Assembly (NCBI RefSeq): GCF_033153115.1
Contig: NW_026889754.1
Coordinates: 14,632,001-14,696,000 of the forward strand
DNA length: 64,000 bases
DNA from: Saccostrea echinata
Lineage: Eukaryota
Direction of reading: 5' to 3'
Below, in pieces: positions 1-13,130 of this stretch. The stretch's first letter is position 1; every line of letters begins with the position of its first letter. The notes beneath the pieces were generated by a model. It did no database searches. It had not been told where the DNA came from and was given only the letters and a program-made list of their open reading frames with translations. The position numbers and the translations under genes were made by a program.

Positions 1-175
1 CAAATGGTATGTTTGGATTTTCCCATGAACGAGAGCAAAAGTTGTCATTATCCATGTATCTGAAAAATAGGTTGTATGATTACAGGGGTTATTTACAAAA
101 AAAAACATAACGTATTTACTTCATTCAGCAGTGGCAGTTGATTTGTCACATTTAAAATCATAAATTAGAATCAAT

Positions 176-1951
176 ATGCGAATTAGAAGAAATGCCAAAA
201 CAGTCACAGCTGGGGACATTAGAAACTGTGCACAAAATGATACTTTGTTGCAAAATTCTTACATGTTTATGGAAAATATAAGAGGTACTGTAGCTTATTT
301 TAGAAATCAGTTGTTCAATCTTTTGACAATGGTTAAAGCTTTAAGCCCTCCAAGCATTTTCATGACACTTTCAGCTGATGATTTGCATTGGCCTGAATTA
401 AGCATAACAATAAACAATATCAATTTAAACGAAGCTGAAACAAAAGGAAATTGTTTTAACACCATGAGGAAAGATCCTTTACTCACAGCTATACATTTTG
501 AAAGACGGTTCAAAGCTTTGAAGAAGTTTGTAATTAATGGAAAATAAAAACCATTGGGAGAAGTAACTGACTATTTTGCCCGAGTAGAATTTCAAAATCG
601 TGGAAGTCCTCATATTCACATGTTTTTTTGGATTAAGGGAATTGCCCAAAATACAAGCAAAGAAGAACTTATTCATTACATAAATTCTACTATTTGTACA
701 AGTATTCCCAGTAGAGAAAATGATCCTGAAATGAATAACCTTGTTCAGAAATTGCAAACTCACTCACATACTGCTTACTGCTGTAGAGGACATAAATCAT
801 CATGTCGATTTGGTTTTCCTAAAATGGTTTGCAATAAAACCAAAGTTTTTGGAAATGCAGATTTTTCCCATAAGAATAAAGGAAAATTTTATGAAACAAG
901 AAGAAATTCAAATGAATGTATGATTAATTCTTTCAATCCCACAATTTTAAGGCATTGGAGAGCTAATATGGACATACAATTAATTTGCAACGCGGAAGGT
1001 GCTGCATATTATGTTTGCAGTTATATTTGTAAGTCAGAACCAGATGAACTTAAACAGCTCTTGGAAATTTAATTCATCAAGTTTTTAAAGAAAACCCAAG
1101 TATACCTAGATACCAGCGTTTGTTAAAAATAGGATTGTGTGTTTTACGTCATCGTAGGTTGAGTAGTCAGGAAGCAGCGTATCGATTAAGTAATTTAAAT
1201 CTCATTCATACAAGTAGGAAATATATTTTTGTGAATACCATGCTACCTGAAAAACGTTTCAAATTATTGAGAAGTAAAAGAGAACTGGATAATTTACCAG
1301 ACGATTCAGAAGAAATATTTCATAATAACATGTTAGATTACTACAGATGTAGACCAAAGTCATTGGAAAAAAGTCTTATTATCAGTTTTGTGCATGGTAT
1401 GAGAAGTCATCAGCTCCAACAGAAAAAAGTCGCTTAGAAAGATTTTACATTGAACGGTATGACATCTGGTTAAAAAAAAAACCACAAAGGCTATTATTGT
1501 ACGTGTTCCAAATTTTCCAGTCAATAGTAAAGAGTACTTCTATGCCATGTTATTATTACTCTTGCCACATAGGAGTGAAAAAGATATATGTGAGCCATTT
1601 GATAATTACAAAGAAGCTTTTATTCATAAGCGTAAAAACTTTGATACATCAGTTAATCACACTTACTTCTCTTTTTCAAAACAAGTAGAGAATTTGATGA
1701 GAATATTGGAGGAGGGAGTTGAAAATGAATGCTATTCAAATGACAATGAGTCTGTGGATTATTTAACATTAAAAAATGAGATACTGGAAAAAACTTTTCA
1801 TTATTTAAGTGAAGAAGTTTTAAATAGAAGTTTTTCAAGTGAAGAAGATTCCATTAGTTGTGAAAATCTTCAGTATGATGAATTCCATGCACATTCAATG
1901 TACTGCACTATGTCCATCCAGGAGTTCAAAACTTTCAAATTCTCAACTTAA
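176..1951 (+). pseudogene. Helitron/Helentron Rep (HUH rolling-circle initiator) domain, frameshifted
   Basis: ORFs 176-547, 554-1072 and 1120-1437 carry FMTLSA..WPEL (motif 1), VEFQNRGSPHIH (HUH motif 2), CRFGFP, HWRANMDIQ and YVCSYICK (motif 3); multiple frameshifts. Confidence 0.9.
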
Positions 1952-1996
1952 AGTTATTAATTTTGTAAAAAAAAAAAAGCATATGAAGAAAAACAA

Positions 1997-4485
1997 TTGC
2001 CATTTCATCTCTTTATTACATGGGGAGCTGGTGTTGGGAAAACGTTTACAACAAAAGTTTTGATAGCATATCTTCAGTTATTCTGCTCTTCTCAATTGAA
2101 TACTAATCCTGTTGTTGTATGTGCTCCAACAGGAACAGCTGCCTCGCACATAAATGGACAGACTATCCATTCACTTTTTATGCCCCCGGATCGAAAGATC
2201 TCGGGGGTATATTGTTTTTGTCCTGTCTGTCTGTTTGTTTGTCTGTTTGTCCGTTTGTCTGTCTGTCTGTTGTCAACTTTAACCTTGCCCATAACTTTTG
2301 ATTGGTTGGAGCTATGACTTTCATATTTCACATGTGTATTCCTTGTGACAAGACCTTTCTTTGGGTACCATCACATTTGACCTTTTGACCTTGACCTTGG
2401 AGTTTGACCCACTTTTGCAAAATTTTATGAGACTTTAACCTTGGCCATAACTTCTGAACAGTTGGAGCTTGGGGTTTCAAACTTCACATGTGTATTCTTT
2501 GTGACAAGGCCTTCTTTTGGATACCAACCACTTTGACCTTTTGACCTTTACCTTGGACTTTGACCTACTTTTGAAAAACTTTAACCTTGGCCATAACTTT
2601 TGAACAGTTGGTGCGTAGGGTTTCAAACTTCACATGTGTATTCCTTTTGACAAGACCTTCCTCTGGATATCAACCACTTTGACCCTTTTGACCTTGACTT
2701 AGGAGTTTGACCTACTTTTGAAAAACTTTAACCTTGGCCATAACCTTTGAATGGTTGGAGCTAGGGCTTTCATACTTCACATATGTAATCCTTGTGACAA
2801 GACCTTCCTTTGAATACCAACGACTTTGAACTTTTGACCTTGACCTAGGAGTTTGACCTACTTTTGAAAAACTTTAACCTTGGCCATAACTTTTGAATGG
2901 TTGATGCTAGGGCTTTCATACTTCACATATGTAATCCTTGTGACAAGACCTTCCTTTGGATACCAACCACTTTGACCCTTTGACCTTGACCTAGGAGTTT
3001 GACCTACTTTTGAAAAACTTTAACCTTGGCCATAACTTTTGAATGGTTGGTGCTAGGGCTTTCATACTTCACATATGTAGTCCTTGTGACGAGATCTTCC
3101 TTTGGATACCAACCACTTTGACCTTGACCTTGACGTTTGACTTTTATTTAAAAAACTTTAACCTTCACCATAACTTTTGAACAGTTGTATCTAGGTCTTT
3201 CAAATTCCACAGGTGTTTTCCTCGAGACAAGATCTTTCTTTGGGTATCAACATTTTTTATCCTTTGGCCTGGATTTTGACTTGCATTTGAGAAACTTTAA
3301 CCTTCGACATAAGCTGCCATACGGGGGCATAGTGTTTCACAAACACATCTTGTTAAAATTCCTGTTGCACAGCATATACCATGTAGTTTGTCAGGGTTCA
3401 GTTTTAAAAAATTGAGAAATATTTTCTACATGTACACACTCTTATTATTGATGAAATAAGCATGGTTAGCAGTGATATAGTTTCTTTTATTGATAGAAAA
3501 TTAATAGAAATTAAAAGTAGCAATTTACCATTTGGTGGACTGAATGTTGTTGTGATTGGAGATTTTTTTTTTCAATTAAGGCCAGTGCAAGGTAGTTTTT
3601 ATTTTCAAACAATATACTCTAGAGTTTGTTTTATCCATTAATTTTGAATGAAAACATGAGACAGCACGAGGATGGTAAGTTTTATTCTTTATTAAATAGA
3701 GTCAGATATGGAATTATAACTGAATCAGATGAGCAATTATTAAAGACTAGACTTTTGCACTGCAATGAAAGAGACGTTTTGCATATATTTCCTACAAGGA
3801 AAAAAGTAGATGAACATAAAAAGGTTGAATGAATTGAATGACACAGTAATAGACATTAATGCTTTTCATTATTACTCACAAGAAGATAAATCGCCGCTTG
3901 CAGAGGTTAAAGAAAATTTCTTTGATTAAAACAGTAGATTAACAGGGGGACTGCCAACTGTTCTAAGATTATGCAAAGGAGCAAGAGTAATGTTGATCAG
4001 AAATATACAAACAGATACTGGTTTAGTTAATGGAGCAATTGGTACCATAGCTGATATTTGGCCAATATCACCAGAATTGTCTAATCCATCATTTATTTTT
4101 GTAAAATTTGATGATCCAAAAGTTGGAAATGTGTTACGTAATAAACTGGTTGAGCAAAGTTCTATTGCCATAAGTCCTGTTGAGCATCAATTTTTATACC
4201 ATGGCAGACATATTATAAGAAGGCAATTTCCTTTAGTCTTGCTTGGGCATCAACGATTCACAAGGTGCAGGGCATCTCTATTGATACAGCAGTAATTGAC
4301 ATTGGATCAGATATTTTTGATAAAGGAATGATTTATGTTGCATTGAGTAGAGTTCGTTCTTTAAAAGGCCTTTTTTGACAAGATTTAATCCATCCAAAAT
4401 TCAAGTACATGAATCTGTTATTGAAGAGTATTGTAGATTGAAAACATTGCTGAAAAAGGATACCAATGACCAGTGCAATAATTAA
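1997..4485 (+). pseudogene. Helitron Pif1-like SF1 helicase, interrupted by insertion 2176-3354
   Basis: GAGVGKT (Walker A), APTGTAA..GQTIHSL, then after the insertion IIDEISMVS, PFGGLNVVVIGDF, NENMRQ, GARVMLIRNI..GLVNGAIG, RRQFPL, HKVQG, YVALSRV; stops and frameshifts present. Confidence 0.92.
2176..3354 (+). mobile_element. Non-autonomous Helentron-type element (HINE/DINE-like) carrying a ~146-bp tandem array
   Basis: 5' palindrome atgcccccg..cgggggtat (2180-2210), (GTCT/GTTT)n microsatellite, ~7 copies of a ~146-bp unit, 3' sub-TIR cgggggcata and hairpin gtgtttcacaaacac; inserted at a TT site, and removal restores helicase TIHSLFKIPV. Confidence 0.88.
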
Positions 4486-4977
4486 CTGCTTTACATTGTA
4501 TTTAAATATTTTAGATAACAGTATGCGTACAACCTTGGTTACTAGTTATGTAAAACAATGTATTTATCATGTAGAATTGTAATAGGGGTGGCAATGAGTC
4601 AAATTTTTAGGACTTAAATTCACTGTTGATAAAAAGTTGAATTATTACTGTAGATTCCTTATTTTTCATAAATACTTCTTATAGCAAATGGGCTCTTCAA
4701 CAGCAAATCACAAGAATAAAAATTCGTAAATAGACAGTTAATCAAGAGTTTTAACATAGATTTCAACACCATAAAAATAAAGGCAAATAATTTAATTTCG
4801 CATGTGGTTCCTCTCGCGAAATTATGCCATAATCCATGCGTATATTTAGGAATCTACAGTATGATTTATTTGAATTTAAATTGACTTATTTTGTTTACAT
4901 ATCTCTACAAAATTAAACAATTTTTTGCATAGTTTAGAACATATAAAATCAAAATTTTCTTTTATGTGTATTTTTAG

Positions 4978-6366
4978 GATGAATCAATTTCTCTTGAGCT
5001 CTTGATACTAAAAAAATCCAAGACCATGCAATCATATAAAAACAAGCAAACAGACAGAGATATGACCTACTTTAACATTGTCGGAGCAAAAGGACAAAAG
5101 GTGTATTTTGGAAGAGTATATTTGAAGAATAAGTTTGACTTTGTTAAGGAGGGACTGAGCTTAAAGTTTAAGAATGTTGTGCCAAAAGGGGAGGATGCAT
5201 TTTGGGCAATAAGTACATCCACAATCAGTTATTGTGCGGTAGTGGAGACAATCATTGACAAAACATCACTTTGCCTTCCTGAAGATGAACCTCCAGAGGG
5301 GGTTCAAAAGCCAATAACAAATACAGTTTTAGAGTTGGTATTGAAGTAACATGGGGTAGTTAATTTTTATTGTTTGATAGCCCTTACCTTGTAAATTTTT
5401 GTATGCTTGCTGAATTCTATCCCAATACAAAAATATTAAACAACAATATATATGTACATATTAAGGGTGTGTATACAATTGTTAAAATTATATTTAGGTG
5501 TCTCCTTTACACATGAGAATGAATGGGACCCTCCCTGTTGGAGCAATGATGTTGAAAGATGGTTCATCAAAAGCAAAGGTGAAAATGCTGGCCACAATTT
5601 TTCTGTTGGAGATGTCTTGCAAGTGTCAGCAGTGTATGCAAAACTTTCCAAAACAACAAGCAATTAACAACATCTCCACATTCCAAATGTGAGGTAATAA
5701 TTTTTAATTTATCTTTAAATTTTTAATTATATTAAAAATTGTCATTCTTTTAAAAATTGGACATTAGTAACATGTGTAAGAATTATTCAAATATAAATGC
5801 TTAAACATCAAATCTTTTATTTTTTCAGTTTTTAGCAGACATCCCGGAAATCCAGATAAATGAATCCGATGCAGACACTAATGACCCTGATTTCGAAGAA
5901 AAAATTGATGAAGACATCATTAAGGAAATTATCCTTACAGACTTCATGAAAGTAGATTACTACAAATGTTGTAGTACCAAAGGTATTATTTTCTGAATTT
6001 GTGCACACAAGCATATAATAACTACATTTTATCTGTTAATTTTACTTTAACACACTATTGTTATTTGGTGTTTTTTTTCATATCTTTTTATCATGCAGAC
6101 AGAAGAAATATGTCAATGGGAAATGCCCTGTTTGCAGTGATGAACAATCCAATGAATATTCTTATAGGGTTGTCTTCCATTACTCTACAAACACCGAAAA
6201 AGACAAAAAGGTTTGTCTTTTCCCAGGCACTATCGAAAAAAATTTGAAGAAAAAATTGAATGTTTCATCAGCAGATGATGAAATTTCTTCCTTCATCCCT
6301 CAGTTACCAATCCGTTTCCGAGCATCAGTTAATGCAGCGAATACCATATATAATATCCAAGAATAA
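4978..6366 (+). pseudogene. Spliced RPA70-like ssDNA-binding protein (OB folds plus C4 Zn ribbon), probably Helitron-borne
   Basis: Predicted exons ~4978-5337, ~5498-5693, 5829-5982, 6092-6366; OB-like LKDGSSKAKVK..FSVGDVLQV and YYKCCSTK(A)CRQKK..GKCPVC..YSYRV..VCLF resembling RPA70 DBD-C; frameshifts, and the last acceptor reads AT instead of AG. Confidence 0.65.
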
Positions 6367-6494
6367 ACTGAGTGTTGAAAGATTTAAACACTTGGTACAA
6401 GGACACAAGAGATATATATCATGTAATCACTTGGATTTAGATGCAAATTTAAGGTTGTTTTTGATACGTGTGATTTTTTTTAATAGTTTTCATA

Positions 6495-9400
6495 TTAGGG
6501 TTCGCGTCTTGGTGTAAAATGTAACATAACTTTACACTTTTTGTAACATAACTTATCAGAAGTGTAAATTGTAACATAACTTGTGTAAAATGTAACATAA
6601 ATAGTGTAATTGTAACATAAGTATATTTGAGGTTAAAAAATCGATCTCTTTGATTTTACTGATTATTTTAACCCGAATTTACTCTGTTTTGAGATTTCTA
6701 ACCCTCTGGGTTTAAATTCAGCGTTCTATCTTTATTATTAGCTGAGATAGTACTAACTTATGTTACATTTTACACAATTATTTACCAAATATTTTTATAT
6801 CTTAAATCCCTAAATTTAAATAATTTAAGTATCTAAAATTAATTATTAAAAATTTTTATTTTGTTTTAGGGTAAAAATTATTGATTATTCCTAGAAATAA
6901 TTTTGATATATGACCTTAATGTTTATGTTACATTTTACACTTTCTAACCCTGGGGTTAGAACGAAATTATTGAAATTGATAGATTTTGACCGTTTAATGA
7001 TCTGGTTCACTTTTTATTGATATGTTTTACCCTGATAATGAAAGATGAAACAGGAAAGAACAAGTTTTGACCTTTATATTTAAATCACCATTAAATTATT
7101 TTTTTTAAATAACACAGTATTTAGAGTCTGAAATAATGAATATGTGTAGCATGAATAGGAAATACCTTGTTTCTAATTGTATTTGAAACAGACATCCTCA
7201 ATTATAGAGTAGATTTCTAGTTTCAATTTATATCCTCCACTTAAATATTCCAGGGTTTGATTGATTTATTCCTTTCTGTAAACTTATACAGATGCTATTC
7301 AAAAAATATATAAGTTAAACGTATAATCTTAGTCAATATGTTCATTTTATATAGCCCTTTGTTTGCTCACCTTTCCATTTAATGGTATATTTGTGGGAAA
7401 TATTTTGATCTAAACACAACAAAAGATCCAATGTATCAAGTAATAAAAATTTATTAATGAATTTCAATATATTAATTTTTAGAAATTCTCCCCAGACACT
7501 GTTCTCTTTACCTGAAAAAAGATACATAAATGAGATGATTTCATTTTGGAATCCTTGCTATCAAAGAAAACGGAAAATTTCAAGAACCAGTATAATTAAA
7601 GTACTGATATCTATGCTTACTTTTTTCTTAATCTTCTTTCAGTCCTAACTCTGTCTGCTATCCTTTTCCCGTAGGAATCCGGGTATACCTCCTTGATTCT
7701 TTCCACTATGCTCCTCCCCTCCTCAGTTTCTTCCAGTCTTTCAATTACCTGTTTATTTTTGATTGGTTTGGTTAAGTCTACAAAAGAAATTACATTGAAA
7801 ACAAATTATAATTGATATTTTACCGTATTCTTAAAAAAATATAGTAATAATGTTATTTCTTATACCTGGGGTTAGAAAGTGTAAAATGTAACATAACTAT
7901 TTTGTGAACTTTATGCACCTTTATGATTGCAAGAAAGTAGAATATGTTTTGAATTAACTAAATATACCTTGATTCCAACTGTTCGCAACACTTCGTTAGT
8001 CGAAAAATCATGTCGCAACTAAACAAGGGTCAATTAAGTGATTTCGACATGTCGCGACTCCTGATTGGCTCTTATTTTTGTCGATTACGTATCAATCCGA
8101 AATATTTTGCTTTATAAAAGTACAGTTTACTTAGACAAAGACGAAACTAACTTTACTTTATTCTATTTTACCGTATTCTTAAAAAAATATAGTAATAATG
8201 TTATTTCTTATACCTGGGGTTAGAAAGTGTAAAATGTAACATAACTATTTTGTGAACTTTATGCACCTTTATGATTGCAAGGAAGTAGAATATGTTTTGA
8301 ATTAACTAAATATACCTTGATTCCAACTGTTCGCAACACTTCGTTAGTCGAAAAATCATGTCGCAACTAAGCAAGGGCCAATTAAGGGATTTCGACATGT
8401 CGCGACTCCTGATTGACTCTTATTTTTGTTGAATACGTATCAATCTGAAACATTTTGCTTTTTTATAAGTACGGTTTACTTAGACGAAGGAAAATAAATC
8501 TTATTTCTACCTTAATTCTTTGTAACCTGAAGAAATGGAAAGAAAATGTATTTTTGTTGGGAAATTTTCACCTTAAATGCTCCTTACCACCGAGCAGGGG
8601 TCATTTTGAGAGAAGGTGACAATTATTTTTTCTAGATTCAGGTTATTAATATTAATTGAAAGTAGATTTTCCTCTAATATCAAATATAAATTAAATGATA
8701 AACAAAAATAAGCCAAAAAGGGAAATGTAAAATATGACTCTGGGGTTAGAAAGTGTAAAATGTAACATAAATCAATTTTTGAACTTTATGTCCTTATTAA
8801 ATAAAAAGAAAATAGAAAATGCATTGAAAAATCAAAATATACTATGTTTATAATTGTTCGCAGCACTCGGTTACTTGAAAAATCATGTCGCAACGTATTA
8901 AGAAAGACTTCAGTGATTTCGTCATGTCGCGACTCCTGATTGAGTCTTATTTTTGTCGAATACGCATAAACCTTATATTTTTTGCTTTAAAATTGTACGG
9001 TTTACTAATACGAAGGAAAATAAGTCTTATTTCTATTTAAAATCCCTGTATTTTAAAGAAATAGGAGGAAATTGTATTTTTGTTGGGACTTAGAAAAATT
9101 CACCTAAAATGCTGCTTACCTCTGAGCAGAGGTCATATAAAAGATAACTGAGAGATTCTGGTATTATATTTTTATTGTTTATCTTAAAGTAAAGTATTTT
9201 TTCCTAAAATATCTCTTTCAGATTGATTTATAAGAAAATAGGGCCCAAAAAGGAAATGTTACATTTTACACTTTTGGTTTTTGTCCATACTCAGTAACTA
9301 GGCCCTAAAGGTCATTTAGAAAACGCTACAGTTTGTGTTTGTCACCATAACAATGTCCTCTAAGAAGGGTTATGACCTACTTCTATATTTAGACCTAACC

Positions 9401-10163
9401 CCAGACCAAGACCAAACTCTCTTTATATGATATAAAAAGTTATGTTACATTTTACATTTTTCAAACCCTTGTTATTTTTTTGAGGATGCTCATAGCCATG
9501 AAAAATTATGCCACCTTTTTAGAGATTTAAAAATGCTTTTAGGACCCACAAAGAGTTTTCCTGTACCCCCAAAAATTACCCAGGGGGTTAGGATTAAAAA
9601 AGTGTAAAATGTAAAAAAGTTAGGGTAGTGGATATTTTTCAGAAAACCCATTTTTCGCGAATTTTAAGTTAGCTACACCCAAGAACACACTAAAATCTAC
9701 AACATTTCCAAAAATTATTGAAATCGGCCGGTTTTTAAGCATTTTATGGCATAAGACGTTAAGAATTTTCAAAAACATGAGGAAAATGTGGAGTTGGATA
9801 TACCCCCAGACATGAAATTTTTTATTCGATTTTTATGTGTTTTTTTTACAGCATGGGGTTAGAATAGGTTTTGAAACAAACCATTGAGGGGTTTAGCTAC
9901 ACTCCTAAACCCAATATTAAACCCGCTAACCCCGTTCGTTATCAAGACCAAATGACTTATGTTACAATTTACACTTTTGATTTTTCAGACCCTAGGGTTA
10001 CCTATTTAAACCTAGGGTTAGGTATAAATAGCAATTTATTTTAGTTAATTGGGCCGAAAACTACTAATTAATAATCTCAAATAATTCCTAAAGCACTTTA
10101 AAAATAATATAAAAAGTCTTAAAAATTATGTTACAAAAAGTGTCATTAAGACGCTAATTCTAA
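6495..10163. mobile_element. Putative non-autonomous DNA element with imperfect TIRs and dispersed TGTAAAATGTAACATAA motifs
   Basis: ttagggttcgcgtctt (6495-6510) vs aagacgctaattctaa (10148-10163); about 15 motif copies in both orientations; no ORF; no clear TSD. Confidence 0.5.
7821..9170 (+). repeat. Internal tandem duplication: near-identical 348-bp pair plus a diverged third copy
   Basis: taccgtattcttaaaaaaatatagt starts at 7821 and 8169; related copy from ~8741. Confidence 0.85.
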
Positions 10164-12002
10164 TTAGAGTCTTGTTAATTTTGTTTCCATTTCGAACTAT
10201 GCACAAGTTAAATATTGTTTGTACATACTTTTGTTTCTGGTTCTACTTTTTTTCTCTATACATTTATAATATTGTTATAACTGAATTTTAAAGCATTAAT
10301 TGGGAAAATTTAGCTTTGTACTTTAGGTATAATTTCTAATGAATCAACAAATTTGGCTTATAAATGTAACATAGTAAATTTTACAAAATTAATTTACAAT
10401 TTAACAAAATTTGATTTTACAAAAAGAATTATTTTTAATGCCTTTTTTGAAATATGTTTAAATTATTTATCTAACAATTAATGTTTAGACAGTAAAAAGG
10501 AAATTGTCTCTCAATATTTATTTTAGGAATTGGTGTCAATCCTCTGCCTCAAAGAGTGTCCGACTCGTATGTGTGATAATTGCGTTGAAGTTGTTTCAGT
10601 ATCATTTACGGAAATACTTATTCAATTCATAATTTTTTTTCTCGCTATTTCTAACATCTTTGTCAATGCGTATAAACTCGGGAACTGAGAACAGCTTCAC
10701 CAAATGCCTTAAAATTTTCGCTCCCTAAAATCAGTTTGTTTGAATACTTGTTTTAAAATTATTTTTATCCATAAATACATAATATATATTCATTTTTTAA
10801 AAAAATCACATATTTTGCTTTCGTGTTTAGAGAGCCACGTTCCACTGCCGAATTCATAGGAAATGTAATTAGAGTCATTTTCTTCTGGAATATCTCTAAG
10901 TCTCTTAATTTTTCTTTGGGTAGAGAAATGTTTAAGATATAAAAAAAATATATAGGTATAGATTATATTACCAATCTTTGAATTAATTCATGAATAATTT
11001 GAATTAATTTGTGCTTAAGTGTCATTATTTTTTCCTTTCTTTTAAAATACTGTAGAAGTAAGAATTTATTTAAAATAATGCAGAAGTAAGAATTTATTTA
11101 AAATAATGCAGAAGTAAGAATTGATCAAAATATAGTCGGTCTTCAATGATTGTTATTTCAAAATCAATTTTCAGAAGAACAGCCGATCAGGGTCAGATTA
11201 AACAGGGTATCCGGCCAGATTTATACACATTGAGAAGCGGGGTAAAATAATCAGTGTACAGTATATCGACTAGTTAGACAATAGACCTTAATTAGATGTC
11301 CCCACCAGTCCCCGGTCAATTAACAGGAAACTATACACGGGAACGTACAGTGACAGATTTTGATGATCTATTTTTTACAAAACTTAAAACTTACGCAAGC
11401 ATATAACAAATTAGAAATTATGATTGTACACAAAAAGACAATTATTTTGATACCCATGATGATATGATGAAATGTTACAAAAATATTTTATAACTTAATT
11501 GTTACGCAAAGATTGTCAAAAATCGTAAATATCCGCAGCATATTTACTAGTATAAGAACTATTATCTGTTTTTTTCCCAATCGTTCTCTTTCGATGATAT
11601 ATTCCTTTTTAATAACAAATTTTTGTTATATCTGTTGAATTTCAATCTTTTTATGCTTATAAATCTGCGAATAACAGAACGAGGAATTCAATTGCAAGAT
11701 GGTGCTCGTGAGGTGACAGGTCGATTTTTGGTGAGCGCGAGTTTGGAGATATTTAACAAAATATTGACTGATATGACAGAGAATTTTCTAACAGAGTGTT
11801 AAAATACCTTGAGGAGCGTCTTTACATTGTAAAAAACATAGTGAAAAATTAAGATTGGATCTAACTATCAGTGTTTAAAAGGAATATAAACATTCTATAC
11901 AGCCGAGTTTACTACAGTTTTTTTTTTTAACACCTCGATTCACCTATGTTGGATGACCTCTTTGTTTAAATTGTTTAAACTTTGTCTCCGCTACCCAAAA
12001 AC

Positions 12003-12846
12003 ATGCCAAATACCAGGAAAGGGTCTGAAAACAGTAAATCTGGGCCTCAAAAAAAAATGAAACGATTGTAGCAACAAACGACCTAACATTAGCGTCCCTT
12101 AAAACTGATTTACACGAAATAAAAGAATGCTTGCAAAAAACGGTCAAAACATGCGATCTCAAATCTATGGTGACGAATATTGTGAAGGGACTTTTAAAGA
12201 TTCATGAAGAAAATGCAGAAAAACGAGAAACACAATTAAAACAAAAAATTGATGGTCTAACAAAAGACGTTGATAGATTAACATTGGAAAATGAATCTCT
12301 ACGAGAAAAATTATGTGAAACAAATAAAAACAATAGAGAACTGCAAAAGGAAATGAATGAGCTAAGAGATCTTGCTACTTTTGCCACAGTGAAGGCCAAC
12401 TATAATGAGCAATACAGCAGAAAAACAATATTAAAATTTACGGTGTACAAGAGACAAAAGACGAGAATATTATCGAGGTCGTGAAATCTGTATTGAAAGA
12501 GAAGGGGGGTGTAGAGGTCAATGAATGTGACATAGTGGCAGTTCACAGAATACCAGGATCCAGGGCAAAAGCACCAAAACCTATTCTGTTGAAGATGAAA
12601 AATAACGACAAAAAGGCCCACATAATGCGAAAGCGATCAACGGTGAAGGACGCCCCTGGTAACGTTCGATTGGGCGACGACGTTACCAAAGAAAACAGCG
12701 AGTTAATTGCCCGCCTGTTGGATAATGAATGTGTAACGTCGGCATGGTACTTCAATGGATCGGTTTATGGACAGGTGAAGGGAAAACGAGTAAGGTTTGA
12801 TATTCTAGATGACATCGAATACAAGGTAAATAAGATCCGGGACTAA
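12003..12846 (+). pseudogene. LINE ORF1p (coiled coil plus RRM-like), frameshifted
   Basis: Heptad coiled coil in 12131-12484; EQYSR..; VAVHRIPG..PKPILLK; AWYFNGSVY in 12481-12846. Confidence 0.85.
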
Positions 12847-13130
12847 AAAATCCGACCGTATTCCCACTGACGTTAGTTGACAGTAATGTTTATCCGGTGT
12901 CATAAGCATTGACTTTTTTCCAAACAGTGACTCACTAGATCACGGTAGTCAACTTGTTTTTCTGTGGATTTTTTTTTTAACTGTTGATAATCATTATCTG
13001 ACTTACTGTATTGTTGCTTTTTCTGTGCTCTTTCTTTCTTTCTATCTCTATAGTAGACTTATATTCAATATCATGAGTTCACCTCCATGGTTCCGTTGGG
13101 TATCTAAACGTTTTTGCGTATTTATATCAA

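Noticed and set aside
2277-3300. CRISPR-like array (also considered at 45200-46720 and 58604-59460)
   Set aside because: Whole units repeat with no unique spacers, no cas genes, and the context is eukaryotic
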